DNA of 64,000 nucleotides from Oscillospiraceae bacterium (GTDB lineage: Bacteria; Bacillota; Clostridia; Oscillospirales; SIG627), in contig SVTV01000011.1 of assembly GCA_015063605.1 (NCBI GenBank), forward strand, positions 1 to 64,000, written 5' to 3'. Under the pieces are notes generated by a model. That model worked only from the letters and a program-made list of their open reading frames with translations. It had not been told where the DNA came from and did no database searches. Of this stretch, positions 35,644-45,224 are shown one piece after another. The first letter of the stretch is position 1, and every line of letters starts with the position of its first letter. Made by a program: the position numbers and the translations under genes.

Positions 35644-38600
35644 TTATAATATTTCAAGCATTCCGAAAAATGCAAAGGGTGTTCCGTAGGGGTCGATCTC
35701 TCTGAGAGCCGATGCGGCTTTTTCCGATTCCTCACGGTTTCCGAGACCCTTGTATGCAAGGGCCTTCAAAAGAAGAGCGTCGATAGTGTTTCTCTTTACG
35801 ATATCAAGCTCAAAGGGAAGGGGAGAAGCCATTCCCACGCCGAAATATCCGTGAAGGTCGGCATTTTCAAGTTTTGCTTCGCCTGCTTTAAGCATAGCGT
35901 TGAGCATTTCCTTCGCCTTTTCCTCTTCTCCGAGGCGGATAAGCGCCAATGCGGCAAAGTATGTGATCTCCGTGATATGGGTGGGCTGATTTGCGGCAGC
36001 GTTGAATTTTTCCTTTGCTGTTTTGATGTCGCCCAGGGATTCGTAAAGAAGACCCGCAAAATAATTTATATTGGCTTCTTGTGCGCTGTAATGACGTCCT
36101 TCACCGTAATTAGCAGGGAAGATGAATGCATTATCAAAATAGTATTTTGCTTTTTCGATGTTTCCTTTTTTAATCTCTTCCTCTGCGAGAAGTGTGTAGA
36201 GCCAGCCGTGATGCTTTGTAAGCTTACCTTCGCCGCCTTCATATATATTGAAGCGCTTGCTTAAAAGCAATTCCTTCGCCTTTTCCAACTCTCCCACCTG
36301 AGTGTAGAGGATGCCCAATTCAAGGAAGCAGTCGTCACGTCTCTTGCAAAGCTCGAAATTCTTTTCAAGAAGCGCAATTCTTTCCTCGGGAGAAGCTCCC
36401 GTATTCTTGTAAATCTGCAAAAGCTCGTAAAGTATACGTGCGTTATCGGGTGCGTATACAAGCGCCTTTTCAAGAAGCGCTCTTGCTTCTTCCTTTTTGT
36501 TTGAATGGTTGAAGTATGAGCCCGCAAGGTTTCTCATGGCGAATGCATGGCAGGGATCCTTTGCGAGAGTCTTTTCCCATGATCTTTCCGCATCGTGATA
36601 ATTTCTTCTGTCGTAGTAGAGACAGCCCAAAAGGTACTGAGCGTCGCCGTCATCTATATCGAGAGTCTTTATATCCGTAAGTCTGTTGGGGAAGCAGCGT
36701 ACAAGAGTTGCCTTTTCGTATTCGCCCGTAAGTCTCTTCAGGGTGAAGGCTGTAAGAGCGTTTTTGTTTGTGCACATCGTAAGGCATTTTACCGCTTCGT
36801 CGATGAATCCCGCATTTTCGAAATCGATCGATGCATCGAGACAGTTTTCGGGGCGTTCAAGCGTGTAGCCGTCAATTGGAGTACCGTTAAGGAAATTGAG
36901 AGCGAAGGAAGCGAATGTATCGGTGGGTACTTCCTTGAGCACGCCTTCGATTCCGCTTATGTCCTTTTCAATGTACGCCTTGAGAGTTCTTGCACCGTAG
37001 TGGCGGCCGTTTGTGATAAGACACTCGGTAAGCTCCTCGAGAGCCTTTTCCTTTTCACCGTTCTTCATATCGATGAGAGCCATTTCGTAAAGAGCGGGGG
37101 AGCGGTAAGCGTACTGCCATGAAGCATCGGAGAATAGCTTGTATGCCTTATCCGTTTCGCCCTTGAGCTTCTTCACAAGACCGAGCGTGTAAAGAGCCTC
37201 CGTGTTTTCGGGATTGTCGTTTCTCATCTTTATGCGGTCAACCGCTTTTGTAAGATAAGCTTCCGCTTTGTCGAATTCGCCCTTTTCCATCGAAAAGCGT
37301 CCCATTTCAAGGTTGCATCTGTAATCCTCGGGATCACGTCTGAGAGCTTCTGCAAAGTACGCATCTGCCTCATATGTGTGGTGCTTGTACTGTGTAAGGT
37401 GCTTGCCGTGTATGTAAAGCTCCTCGAGAGAATCTATTTCGGAGGGACGGGGAGGTATGGGTCTTGCCTTGGGAGGCGTTTTTTCGCCCTTCTTTGAAGG
37501 TGTGTAGGAAATGAGCTCCTTGCCGCTTTCGTCGGTGAGGGAAAGGGTGAATTCATATTCCTTTGCACCCTCGATCATATCGGCAGTAAGGGATATTATG
37601 CTTTCGGGCGAAGCAGTACCCTTCTTGCTTTCAATGAGCATGCCGTTTCTGTAAAGAGAAAGAACGGCATTCTCACGAACGGATGTTGCCATTGCGGCGC
37701 AATTTATCTTGCCTTCTGTGATCTCGAAGGACAAAGCACCGTTCCGGGATGCATTTGCAGGTGCTCCGATATCTCTTATGGGGAACCACAGGTGGGTGAA
37801 CTTTCTTGTTTCACCGGGAGCAATATACGTAAAGTCGGGCTGATTGTCGGTATAGCTGCCCGTCATAAGCTCAATGTATCTGTCGCCGTTATCGGTAAGG
37901 TTTGCACACCATGTGTGACCGAATACTCCGTCGCCCCATGTCCACATCTTCTTACCGGGGGACATTCTGTGGTCGCATACCGTTACCGTTCCCGCATTTG
38001 CGCTGAAATCGTATCCGCCGAGAAAATCCATATCGCTCTGTCCCTTGGATACCATTACGGAGGTGGGAAGCTTTACGTTGCTGTACCATGTTACATCTGT
38101 TCCTTCGCCGTAGTCAAAGGGGCGGGCTGTTTTGTATATGCCCTTCATGACGGGGAAGGATATAACGGCACGTCTGTCGTGGTCGTTGCCCCATTCGATA
38201 TCCGGAGGGAAGCAAGCCTTATATTTTCCGTGAACTCTTACCGCAAGGTTGTTCCACCACATAAAGGGAAGAGGCTTGTCTGTTCTGTTGTATACGGTGA
38301 CCTCGCCTTCGAGAACGGAGGAGCCGGGACGGACTGTTATCGCTATCTGTCCTCTGAGTCTGTTGAAAAGATCGGTCTCACTCATTATGCATGTTTTTGA
38401 GCCGTCGCTGTTTTCTCTTACTGTGCAATCCGAGGGCATATATGTTGTGGGACGGTGGTGTTGAGGAAAGTTGAACTCAACTCCGCCGGATACCCAGGGA
38501 CCTGCCAAACCTACCATAGCAGGCTTTATGACCGTGTTGCCGTAAATGAATTCGTATCCGTTGTGAAGGTCGGTGGCTTTATGTATCTTTCCGCCTATTT

Positions 38601-38820
38601 CGGGAAGGAGCACTGCCTCGATATGCTCATTTTTAAGGATAACGGCGTCATATTCTTTATCCTTGGGCTCGTTTGTCAATCTGTCGGTATAAGGTATGGG
38701 ATATACTCTGCCTTCCGCACCCTGGTAGGGACGCTTCTCGAAAAACATGGGAAGCTCCTCCGAGGGGTAAGGCTCATATGTCGGTATATTTAGTTTTATT
38801 CGCTTTATCTCTGCAGACAT
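35644..38820 (-). CDS. Large DUF5107-domain protein with C-terminal TPR repeats
   Basis: 1058 aa; N-terminal about 450 aa matches my recollection of DUF5107 proteins; C-terminal half is serial TPR-like helical repeats (AEALRRDPEDYRCNLEMGRFSMEKGEFDKAEAYLTKA...). Confidence 0.45.
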   Translation of the reverse strand: MSAEIKRIKLNIPTYEPYPSEELPMFFEKRPYQGAEGRVYPIPYTDRLTNEPKDKEYDAVILKNEHIEAVLLPEIGGKIHKATDLHNGYEFIYGNTVIKPAMVGLAGPWVSGGVEFNFPQHHRPTTYMPSDCTVRENSDGSKTCIMSETDLFNRLRGQIAITVRPGSSVLEGEVTVYNRTDKPLPFMWWNNLAVRVHGKYKACFPPDIEWGNDHDRRAVISFPVMKGIYKTARPFDYGEGTDVTWYSNVKLPTSVMVSKGQSDMDFLGGYDFSANAGTVTVCDHRMSPGKKMWTWGDGVFGHTWCANLTDNGDRYIELMTGSYTDNQPDFTYIAPGETRKFTHLWFPIRDIGAPANASRNGALSFEITEGKINCAAMATSVRENAVLSLYRNGMLIESKKGTASPESIISLTADMIEGAKEYEFTLSLTDESGKELISYTPSKKGEKTPPKARPIPPRPSEIDSLEELYIHGKHLTQYKHHTYEADAYFAEALRRDPEDYRCNLEMGRFSMEKGEFDKAEAYLTKAVDRIKMRNDNPENTEALYTLGLVKKLKGETDKAYKLFSDASWQYAYRSPALYEMALIDMKNGEKEKALEELTECLITNGRHYGARTLKAYIEKDISGIEGVLKEVPTDTFASFALNFLNGTPIDGYTLERPENCLDASIDFENAGFIDEAVKCLTMCTNKNALTAFTLKRLTGEYEKATLVRCFPNRLTDIKTLDIDDGDAQYLLGCLYYDRRNYHDAERSWEKTLAKDPCHAFAMRNLAGSYFNHSNKKEEARALLEKALVYAPDNARILYELLQIYKNTGASPEERIALLEKNFELCKRRDDCFLELGILYTQVGELEKAKELLLSKRFNIYEGGEGKLTKHHGWLYTLLAEEEIKKGNIEKAKYYFDNAFIFPANYGEGRHYSAQEANINYFAGLLYESLGDIKTAKEKFNAAANQPTHITEITYFAALALIRLGEEEKAKEMLNAMLKAGEAKLENADLHGYFGVGMASPLPFELDIVKRNTIDALLLKALAYKGLGNREESEKAASALREIDPYGTPFAFFGMLEIL

Positions 38821-38996
38821 TTTTACAGATCCTTTCGATTTTTCTTCTATTGCTTATTGTATTTTACTGTACAATAAGTATACAATACTTATTCTTTTCC
38901 GTCAATACAAAAAGCTCTCGGAAAACAAGACGAAATTTGTGCTTGACTTACAGAGAGCCGTGATGTATAATATATAAGTTAGTGTCGAATATAAAC

Positions 38997-40112
38997 TTAC
39001 TTGTTTGACAGATACTTTCCCACAAGAGCGAGAAGCTCTTTTTTTGTTTGGCATTCCGAAAGCTCAAGCATACGCTTCAGGCGGTATTTCAATGTGTTTT
39101 CCGCTATGTACAATCGGCTTGCCGCATCGGAGTAGGAAATGTCCTCAAGCAATGCACGCAGTATCTCGATATCTATGGGAAGGCAATGGGAAATCACCTT
39201 TTCCGCACGGAATATTTCCCTGATCTGTCCGTCCTCGTAAAAGCCGTTTTTGAAATCCTTGCCCGTCTCCTCTTTTTTCTCCTTTTCGGGAAGAGGGAGA
39301 GGGACTTTTTTGTTTTCGTCGGCAGGAAGGCTTGCCTTGATCTTCAGATGTACGGATGTTATTTCCGGATCCTTCATAAGCATATTGCATATTTTTACCG
39401 AGGAAGTGCCCATGCTGAAGAAATCCAGGGAAGCGGTCGTTATCACATTCCTCATCATATGAGAAATATGTGTCTGACCGACAGCGCATATCTCGATACC
39501 GCCGGGAACGGAAACTCCTCTTTCCGTCAGGTATTCGTAAAGCCTCAGAGCGATTATATCGTTTGCGCAGATAACGCCGTCAAGCTCATCGGAAGCGGTA
39601 AAAAAGTCTTCACATACCTTTTCCGTGTCGCCGTAATTGAAAAACACATTTACGGAATTCTCCTTGCCCGCACAGGAAAGAAATGCACGGAGCTTGTCCT
39701 TATCGTTTACGGAATTGGGATGAGCGCCGAAAAAACCGATCCGTTTCTTACCTCGGGAGTACATATCCGTCATCATATCGGAAAACGCCTTTTCATAATC
39801 CGCGGAAACGGTGCTTACCGAGGCTGACGGAATATCGTCTATGGGTGCTGTCATCATTATGCAGTGGATACCGTATCCGCTGACAGCCTGTACGGCTCTT
39901 GTCATCCAATCTACAAGAGAGCCCACAAGAATGAGAACGGGACGTTCCTCCAGGGAAAGAAGCTTCATATCCTCATGGGAAAAGGGATCGGCGTATTTTA
40001 CCGATTTCTTTGCTTTCGATGCTTCCTTTTGTATTCCGTTAAGACAATCGGTGCACCAATGGGTGCCGACGAAATCAGGCTCTGCGGCAATTGTATAGAA
40101 AAGGTCCTTCAT
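38997..40112 (-). CDS. Transcriptional regulator with sugar-binding (LacI/PBP-like) N-domain and PucR-type C-terminal HTH
   Basis: C-terminal LYIAENTLKYRLKRMLELS matches the PucR C-terminal HTH pattern (L.iHrNTLrYRLkki); start set at MKDLFY (40112). Confidence 0.5.
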   Translation of the reverse strand: MKDLFYTIAAEPDFVGTHWCTDCLNGIQKEASKAKKSVKYADPFSHEDMKLLSLEERPVLILVGSLVDWMTRAVQAVSGYGIHCIMMTAPIDDIPSASVSTVSADYEKAFSDMMTDMYSRGKKRIGFFGAHPNSVNDKDKLRAFLSCAGKENSVNVFFNYGDTEKVCEDFFTASDELDGVICANDIIALRLYEYLTERGVSVPGGIEICAVGQTHISHMMRNVITTASLDFFSMGTSSVKICNMLMKDPEITSVHLKIKASLPADENKKVPLPLPEKEKKEETGKDFKNGFYEDGQIREIFRAEKVISHCLPIDIEILRALLEDISYSDAASRLYIAENTLKYRLKRMLELSECQTKKELLALVGKYLSNK

Positions 40113-40164
40113 GACACTGTTCTTTCGGTTATCTTTTGATCTGCTTCTTACAGTTTGTCGAAAA

Positions 40165-40848
40165 TTACTCCGCAGGTTGGGATGTGTTACCGGATTTGAA
40201 GGATTCGATAACGCTCTTCTTTGCGTTGATAAGATGCTCCTCCGCCGATTTGCGTGCGGCAAAGCCGTCCTTTGCCTTTATCGCTTCATATATCTTTCTG
40301 TGCTCTTCCACAGATGCCAGAAGACGTGCAGGGGAATGGATGGAAAGCTCTCTTGCACGGGAGGCGTAGGTGTGGAAATCCACCAGAAGATGCTGAAGCA
40401 TACGGCTCTTGCATGCGGTGTATATGACATTGTGGAATTTGGCGTCGTATTGCCATACCTGCAGAAAATCGTTCTTCTTGGCGAAAAATTCCTGAAGCTC
40501 CACGATCTCACCGAGCTGATCCAGCTCTTCCTTCGTTATATGCACTATTGCCCATTCGGCGGCAACGCTTTCCGCAAATATGCGGATGGTGTACATGTCA
40601 TCTATATCGGCTTCGGATATACCTATGACTACAGCTCCCTTGTTGGGTACGGAGCGCACGAGTCCGTCGTGCTCCAATTGGCGTATCGCTTCTCTTACGG
40701 GAGTGCGGCTGACACCCAATTCGGTGGATATCTTTACCTCCGTAAGGCTTTCTCCCGGCTTTAAGTGGCCTGCCAGAATATCATCACGTATTTCGTTGTA
40801 TACCAATGTAAAAAGTGAACTTGTGTTGCTGTTTCCTATATATTTCAT
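40165..40848 (-). CDS. GntR-family transcriptional regulator (FadR/FCD subfamily)
   Basis: N-terminal wHTH ESLTEVKISTELGVSRTPVREAIRQLEHDGLV; helical FCD C-domain. Confidence 0.8.
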   Translation of the reverse strand: MKYIGNSNTSSLFTLVYNEIRDDILAGHLKPGESLTEVKISTELGVSRTPVREAIRQLEHDGLVRSVPNKGAVVIGISEADIDDMYTIRIFAESVAAEWAIVHITKEELDQLGEIVELQEFFAKKNDFLQVWQYDAKFHNVIYTACKSRMLQHLLVDFHTYASRARELSIHSPARLLASVEEHRKIYEAIKAKDGFAARKSAEEHLINAKKSVIESFKSGNTSQPAE

Positions 40849-40992
40849 CTTTAAGACCATTCCTTTTCTGTAAGGCGGGATGACTTTTTATATCATTACT
40901 CCGTGCCTCATATAATTATACACAAAATAAACGGGAAAGTCAATCGAGGTTTGTTATAACGTAAAAAAAATTGCAAATTTTTTTGAAAAACA

Positions 40993-41024
40993 TGTCACAA
41001 AATGCCTTCCTGAATTGTATATAT
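40993..41024 (+). promoter_or_regulatory. Candidate ECF-sigma-type promoter, copy 1: TGTCACAAA-N11-AATTGTATATAT
   Basis: tgtcacaaaatgccttcctgaattgtatatat, about 120 bp upstream of the sigma factor gene; same motif with identical 20-bp spacing recurs at 42440. Confidence 0.5.
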
Positions 41025-41144
41025 ATACAGAAGCGGAAAACTATTTTCGATAAATGCAATATTCACAGTATCTACATTGATTTTCTAATGTTATTGCGTT
41101 ATAATTTAACCGAGACCTTTAATACTTGTCAAACCGAGGGAACG

Positions 41145-41720
41145 ATGTTACTGTTTTTATTGCTTTTGGAAGAATCGGAAAGAAAGCCCGTGGAGTTTCT
41201 TTACAACAAATACTGCAGATATATGTATCAGACAGCATACAACATTTTGGGTAATAATATTGCTGCGGAGGATGCGGTGCATAACGCTTTTGTCGCCATA
41301 ATTAATAATTTGGACGGAATAAAATACGGACTTGAAAAGGAGCTTGAAGATCCGGATTCCGACTATCTTTTGGGATACGTTTGCCGTGCCGCTAAAAATT
41401 GCGCTTTGAATATTAAAGCGAAAAAAGACAAGATATCCCGCCGTGAAACATCGTATCCGGAGGATGATACTCTCCTCGGCGATATTGAAATGTGCGATAA
41501 AATAATAGCCGATGAAAGCGTTATGCGTATAAAAAATTGCATAAAAAAGCTTCCCGAAATATACAGGGACATTTTCGTTATGCACTTTATCGGAGAAATG
41601 TCCTATAAAGAAATAGGAAAATTGCTTTCACTTCCCCAAGCAACAATAAGAAAACGCATCGAGCGCGGCAAAGTAAAGCTTGCGGAAGAATTGAAAAAGG
41701 AAGGGTTTGATATAAAATGA
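41145..41720 (+). CDS. ECF-subfamily RNA polymerase sigma-70 factor
   Basis: Region 2 (AEDAVHNAFVAIINN) and region 4 HTH (MSYKEIGKLLSLPQATIRKRIERGKVKL); start at ATG 41145 behind GAGGGA SD. Confidence 0.8.
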   Translation: MLLFLLLLEESERKPVEFLYNKYCRYMYQTAYNILGNNIAAEDAVHNAFVAIINNLDGIKYGLEKELEDPDSDYLLGYVCRAAKNCALNIKAKKDKISRRETSYPEDDTLLGDIEMCDKIIADESVMRIKNCIKKLPEIYRDIFVMHFIGEMSYKEIGKLLSLPQATIRKRIERGKVKLAEELKKEGFDIK

Positions 41721-42403
41721 ACAAAGCTGATGAAAAAATAGCCTTAGCTTTGGCGCAGGTGGATGCGGAAGAGTTTAAAAATATGGATATGACCGCCGCC
41801 GATAATTGGGTACCGTCGGAAAAGTTTGAAAAGAAGATAGGAAAGCTTCTGAAACATCGGAAAGAACCGTTTATTAAAATTGCGGGTAACGCAAGAAAAC
41901 GCTTTGCGGCTGTAGCATGTGCGTTTCTTGTTTTTTTCGGTGCCGCCATGAGCGTGGAGGCGTCGAGGGAGTTTATAGTGGGATTTGTTGTTGATATATA
42001 TGAAAATATATCTAAGTTTGCATTCGAAAATCCGGAAGGAGCAAATGCTCCCAAAGAAATAGAAATAAGATACTATCCGGAATATATTCCGGACGAATAT
42101 GAATTGAGAGAAACGAAAGAGTCAAGATTTCGCAATGAAATTGTATTTTATAACAAGAAAGATCAAGCTTTGATATATACACAATATTTGATTGATTCAA
42201 TTTCGATCTCGCTTGATACAGAGGATGTTAACATAAATGAAATAAAAATCGGTGATTATTCCGGGTATTACTATATAAGTAAAGAATTAATAAATATTAT
42301 ATGGAAAACTGATGAGTATGTTTTCTATATCAGCGGCGATGAAAATATAACTTTAGATGCGCTTATTGAGATGGCTGAAAGCTTAAAGGCGGAAGAAAAA
42401 TAA
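41717..42403 (+). CDS. Membrane-anchored anti-sigma-factor-like protein (DUF4367-type)
   Basis: ATGA overlap with sigma gene; single TM (FAAVACAFLVFFGAAMSV) followed by extracytoplasmic domain; classic Clostridial ECF partner layout. Confidence 0.55.
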   Translation: MNKADEKIALALAQVDAEEFKNMDMTAADNWVPSEKFEKKIGKLLKHRKEPFIKIAGNARKRFAAVACAFLVFFGAAMSVEASREFIVGFVVDIYENISKFAFENPEGANAPKEIEIRYYPEYIPDEYELRETKESRFRNEIVFYNKKDQALIYTQYLIDSISISLDTEDVNINEIKIGDYSGYYYISKELINIIWKTDEYVFYISGDENITLDALIEMAESLKAEEK

Positions 42404-42439
42404 TTTTTTTCAAAAAAATTGAAATTTTTTCTAAAAATA

Positions 42440-42471
42440 TGTCACAAACTGTTTTTCGTAATTGTATATAT
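42440..42471 (+). promoter_or_regulatory. Candidate ECF-sigma-type promoter, copy 2
   Basis: tgtcacaaactgtttttcgtaattgtatatat, about 90 bp upstream of secreted-protein gene 42562. Confidence 0.5.
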
Positions 42472-42561
42472 GGTTAGAGGGACAAAAAATGCTTTTGAAT
42501 TGTTTTTTCAATGAACAAGTATATATGTTTCCTCTAATACATAGCAAAGGAGGAAAACGTT

Positions 42562-43008
42562 ATGCGCACAAGAAAAAGAATTCTGTTTCTGGCTATGGCA
42601 GTTTTTATGATTGCAAACTGCTTTTTGCCGTTTACGGTAAATGCGGCACTTCCGGAAGATAATCTTGTATCGCCTTTGGCAAACAATGTTCGTAATGTCT
42701 CATCATCATTTGATATAATGAACGGAGTTGCTGAAATCGAAGCATCTTACATAGGTTATCAAGGAACAACAACGGGAGCTACTATTACGGTCAAGTTACA
42801 GAAAAAGTTTTTGTTCTGGTGGAATGACGTTGACAACGGTCAACCCGATGACACTTGGACAGCAAACTTAACGGGATGGAAAAATTCTGTCTCATACTCT
42901 CTCGCGTTGAGCAATACGGGAGATTACCGCGCAGTGTTTACGTACACTATCCGCGGTACGGGTGGAGCGGACGATGAAATATCGGATACTCTTGAGTATA
43001 CTTATTAA
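42562..43008 (+). CDS. Small secreted protein, unknown function
   Basis: Signal peptide MRTRKRILFLAMAVFMIANCFLPFTVNA. Confidence 0.5.
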   Translation: MRTRKRILFLAMAVFMIANCFLPFTVNAALPEDNLVSPLANNVRNVSSSFDIMNGVAEIEASYIGYQGTTTGATITVKLQKKFLFWWNDVDNGQPDDTWTANLTGWKNSVSYSLALSNTGDYRAVFTYTIRGTGGADDEISDTLEYTY

Positions 43009-43110
43009 AAGTCCGAAAAATGAATTTTTTGGATGAAGGCTTGAGCATTGCGCTCAAAAACAGCAGTTTTTGCATTTGCAAAAAAAACAAAAAGAAAGGA
43101 CAAACAAAAC

Positions 43111-43575
43111 ATGAAAAAATCAGTAAGATTTATTGCAATCGCACTTGCGTTTTGCACGGTTTTCAGTATAGTGGCATTTGCTATACAGGTAGATGGGGTA
43201 CACAGTTATGGTGTATTTGTGAACAATGGTACTTCGGTAGATTGCCACGGATATTTGTATTCTAACATTATCCATTTCCCCGAAGACGATGAAATGGTTG
43301 AAGTTTGGGCTTCTACAGAGGTTTCCCAAAGAACGGCTAATATGGGGACAATATCGGTGAGCTGCACTTTCCACACGGTTGGTGGTGCTGTTATTGATAC
43401 ACATAATGCCTCAACAACCCAAAACCGTATAGCGAGTACTCTTAATGATCCTGTAGTAGGTCCGCTTCTTGCATTGGCGGAAGCTGTACACAAAGTGGAA
43501 TATATTAATGACGCTGATGTTTCTTTGATTTGGAGCGGGGAAACTTCAAAGCAACTTAGAGATTACTTAGTATAA
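43111..43575 (+). CDS. Small secreted protein, unknown function
   Basis: Signal peptide MKKSVRFIAIALAFCTVFSIVAFA; start moved to ATG 43111. Confidence 0.5.
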   Translation: MKKSVRFIAIALAFCTVFSIVAFAIQVDGVHSYGVFVNNGTSVDCHGYLYSNIIHFPEDDEMVEVWASTEVSQRTANMGTISVSCTFHTVGGAVIDTHNASTTQNRIASTLNDPVVGPLLALAEAVHKVEYINDADVSLIWSGETSKQLRDYLV

Positions 43576-43684
43576 TGTATTGACCTTATTAAGTAACTAA
43601 AGGTATAATACACTTTGGACTTGCCGACAAGTTAGTCGGCAAGTCCTTGGTTGTAACAATTATAGAAAGGGGAGTGAATTACCC

Positions 43685-44962
43685 ATGAAAAGAACATTTT
43701 TGATTTGTATTTCTATGATGTTTATATTCTCATGCTTTTCTTGCACGAGGCAGGAGCTGCCGTATATTTCGGAAGAAGCACCAAAAACACTAGATACCGA
43801 TGTTGTACAAGTATATTCATACGATCCGACAGATGACGGACTTGAAAACGTAAGATTTCCTGAGGTGTATATTACCAATGCAGGATTGTATTACAGTGAC
43901 GGTGAGTTGTATTTCAGATCAAGCGATATGTATTATAAATATAATAAAGAAACAGGAGATTTTTTGCCTTTTTGTAAGGATCCCGTATGCGATCATAGAA
44001 CGCTTGAGTGTCCATTTTATGGTAATACATTTTCGTGCTTTTACATTCATGACGAAAATATTATTTATTTGCAAGACACTCCCGATTTGGAGCACATTTC
44101 CGGATCCAATACGCTTAACATATATGATGTTGAAAAAGACAAAAGAAGAATACTGCATTACTATGACTCTGACTCAAATATGATGAGCTCGAATATGACC
44201 TTCTATAAGGATGAATTGTTATTTACCGATATAGTAAAAGATGAAAAAACAGAAGAATATATATATTCGCTGTGCGCAGTAAACTTAAAAACGGGTAAAA
44301 AACGTATTTTGTTGAGTGAAGCGTGGATGATAGCAGCACTAATGTCAGATGATGGCGGCGTTTACTATACGGACTTAAAGGAACAAAAAAATATATATGC
44401 CAAAAATAATGATCTAAAAGATACGGAAGAACTTCCGTTTTACAATACAAGATTCTTTTTTGTTGGTGATAAAGTTATCTACGTAGATAATAATGGATAC
44501 TTAACTTCTTCTGATAGGTACGGAAATAACAAAAAGAGTTTGGGGATATCCGATATAGACAGTTTCTTTGTAACGGATAAATATATATATTACAGGCACA
44601 ACGGTACCACAAATATAGGAAAAACAATTGAACAGACGGGAAGAGGAGAAAAAATAGAACAAACTATGGAGTTGAATGTCAATTCCATATACAGATGTAA
44701 TCACGACGGAAGCAATATTGAAGAAGTGATAAAGTTCTATGACGGCGAACCTCTTGAAGCGGGGGAAAGTGTGTACTATTCTCAAAGAATGTTTATACTT
44801 TCCGGTTATTATTATACTAAGTATGATCGTCTTATAATGGGTGAAGACGGATATCTTGTGTCTGACACCGGCGATAAAAAGTTCAATAATTATCTCCGTA
44901 TAAACATTGAAACCGGCGAAAAGTATATTATAAAGGTTCCGAATATTTACGTTAACCATTAA
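43685..44962 (+). CDS. Paralogous Cys-motif lipoprotein family member 1 (possibly beta-propeller, DUF5050-like)
   Basis: Lipobox FSCFSC; conserved CKDPVCDHRTLECPF, YSLCAVNLKTGKKR, YRCNHDGSNIEEVIKFYDGEPLEAG, NYLRINIETGEKYIIKVPNIYVNH. Confidence 0.7.
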   Translation: MKRTFLICISMMFIFSCFSCTRQELPYISEEAPKTLDTDVVQVYSYDPTDDGLENVRFPEVYITNAGLYYSDGELYFRSSDMYYKYNKETGDFLPFCKDPVCDHRTLECPFYGNTFSCFYIHDENIIYLQDTPDLEHISGSNTLNIYDVEKDKRRILHYYDSDSNMMSSNMTFYKDELLFTDIVKDEKTEEYIYSLCAVNLKTGKKRILLSEAWMIAALMSDDGGVYYTDLKEQKNIYAKNNDLKDTEELPFYNTRFFFVGDKVIYVDNNGYLTSSDRYGNNKKSLGISDIDSFFVTDKYIYYRHNGTTNIGKTIEQTGRGEKIEQTMELNVNSIYRCNHDGSNIEEVIKFYDGEPLEAGESVYYSQRMFILSGYYYTKYDRLIMGEDGYLVSDTGDKKFNNYLRINIETGEKYIIKVPNIYVNH

Positions 44963-45224
44963 AAGTAAGGCTTGCCGATTTGCGGCAAGCCTTTGAAAAA
45001 ATCGGCTTTGGATTATCAAGAAAAGTGAAACAAAAGTAGTTTTCGATTTGTTATATACATATAAGTGAATTGAATTATAAAATAATCAAAAAACGGCAAG
45101 GTTTACAAATTGTTCATTGACTGTATTTGCGATATATAGTATAATGATACTATGGTATAATAACACATCCGGTATTTGTGCGTCGGTAAAACCATTCAAT
45201 ACTATCGGAGCGAAAGGAGTTACT

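Noticed and set aside
44963-44992. AAGGCTTGCCG-ATTT-CGGCAAGCCTT hairpins after lipoprotein paralogs 1 and 2, considered as a possible mobile-element terminal repeat
   Set aside because: They are single hairpins at gene 3-prime ends with no paired inverted copy flanking a unit. They are most simply transcription terminators or stability elements duplicated along with the genes.
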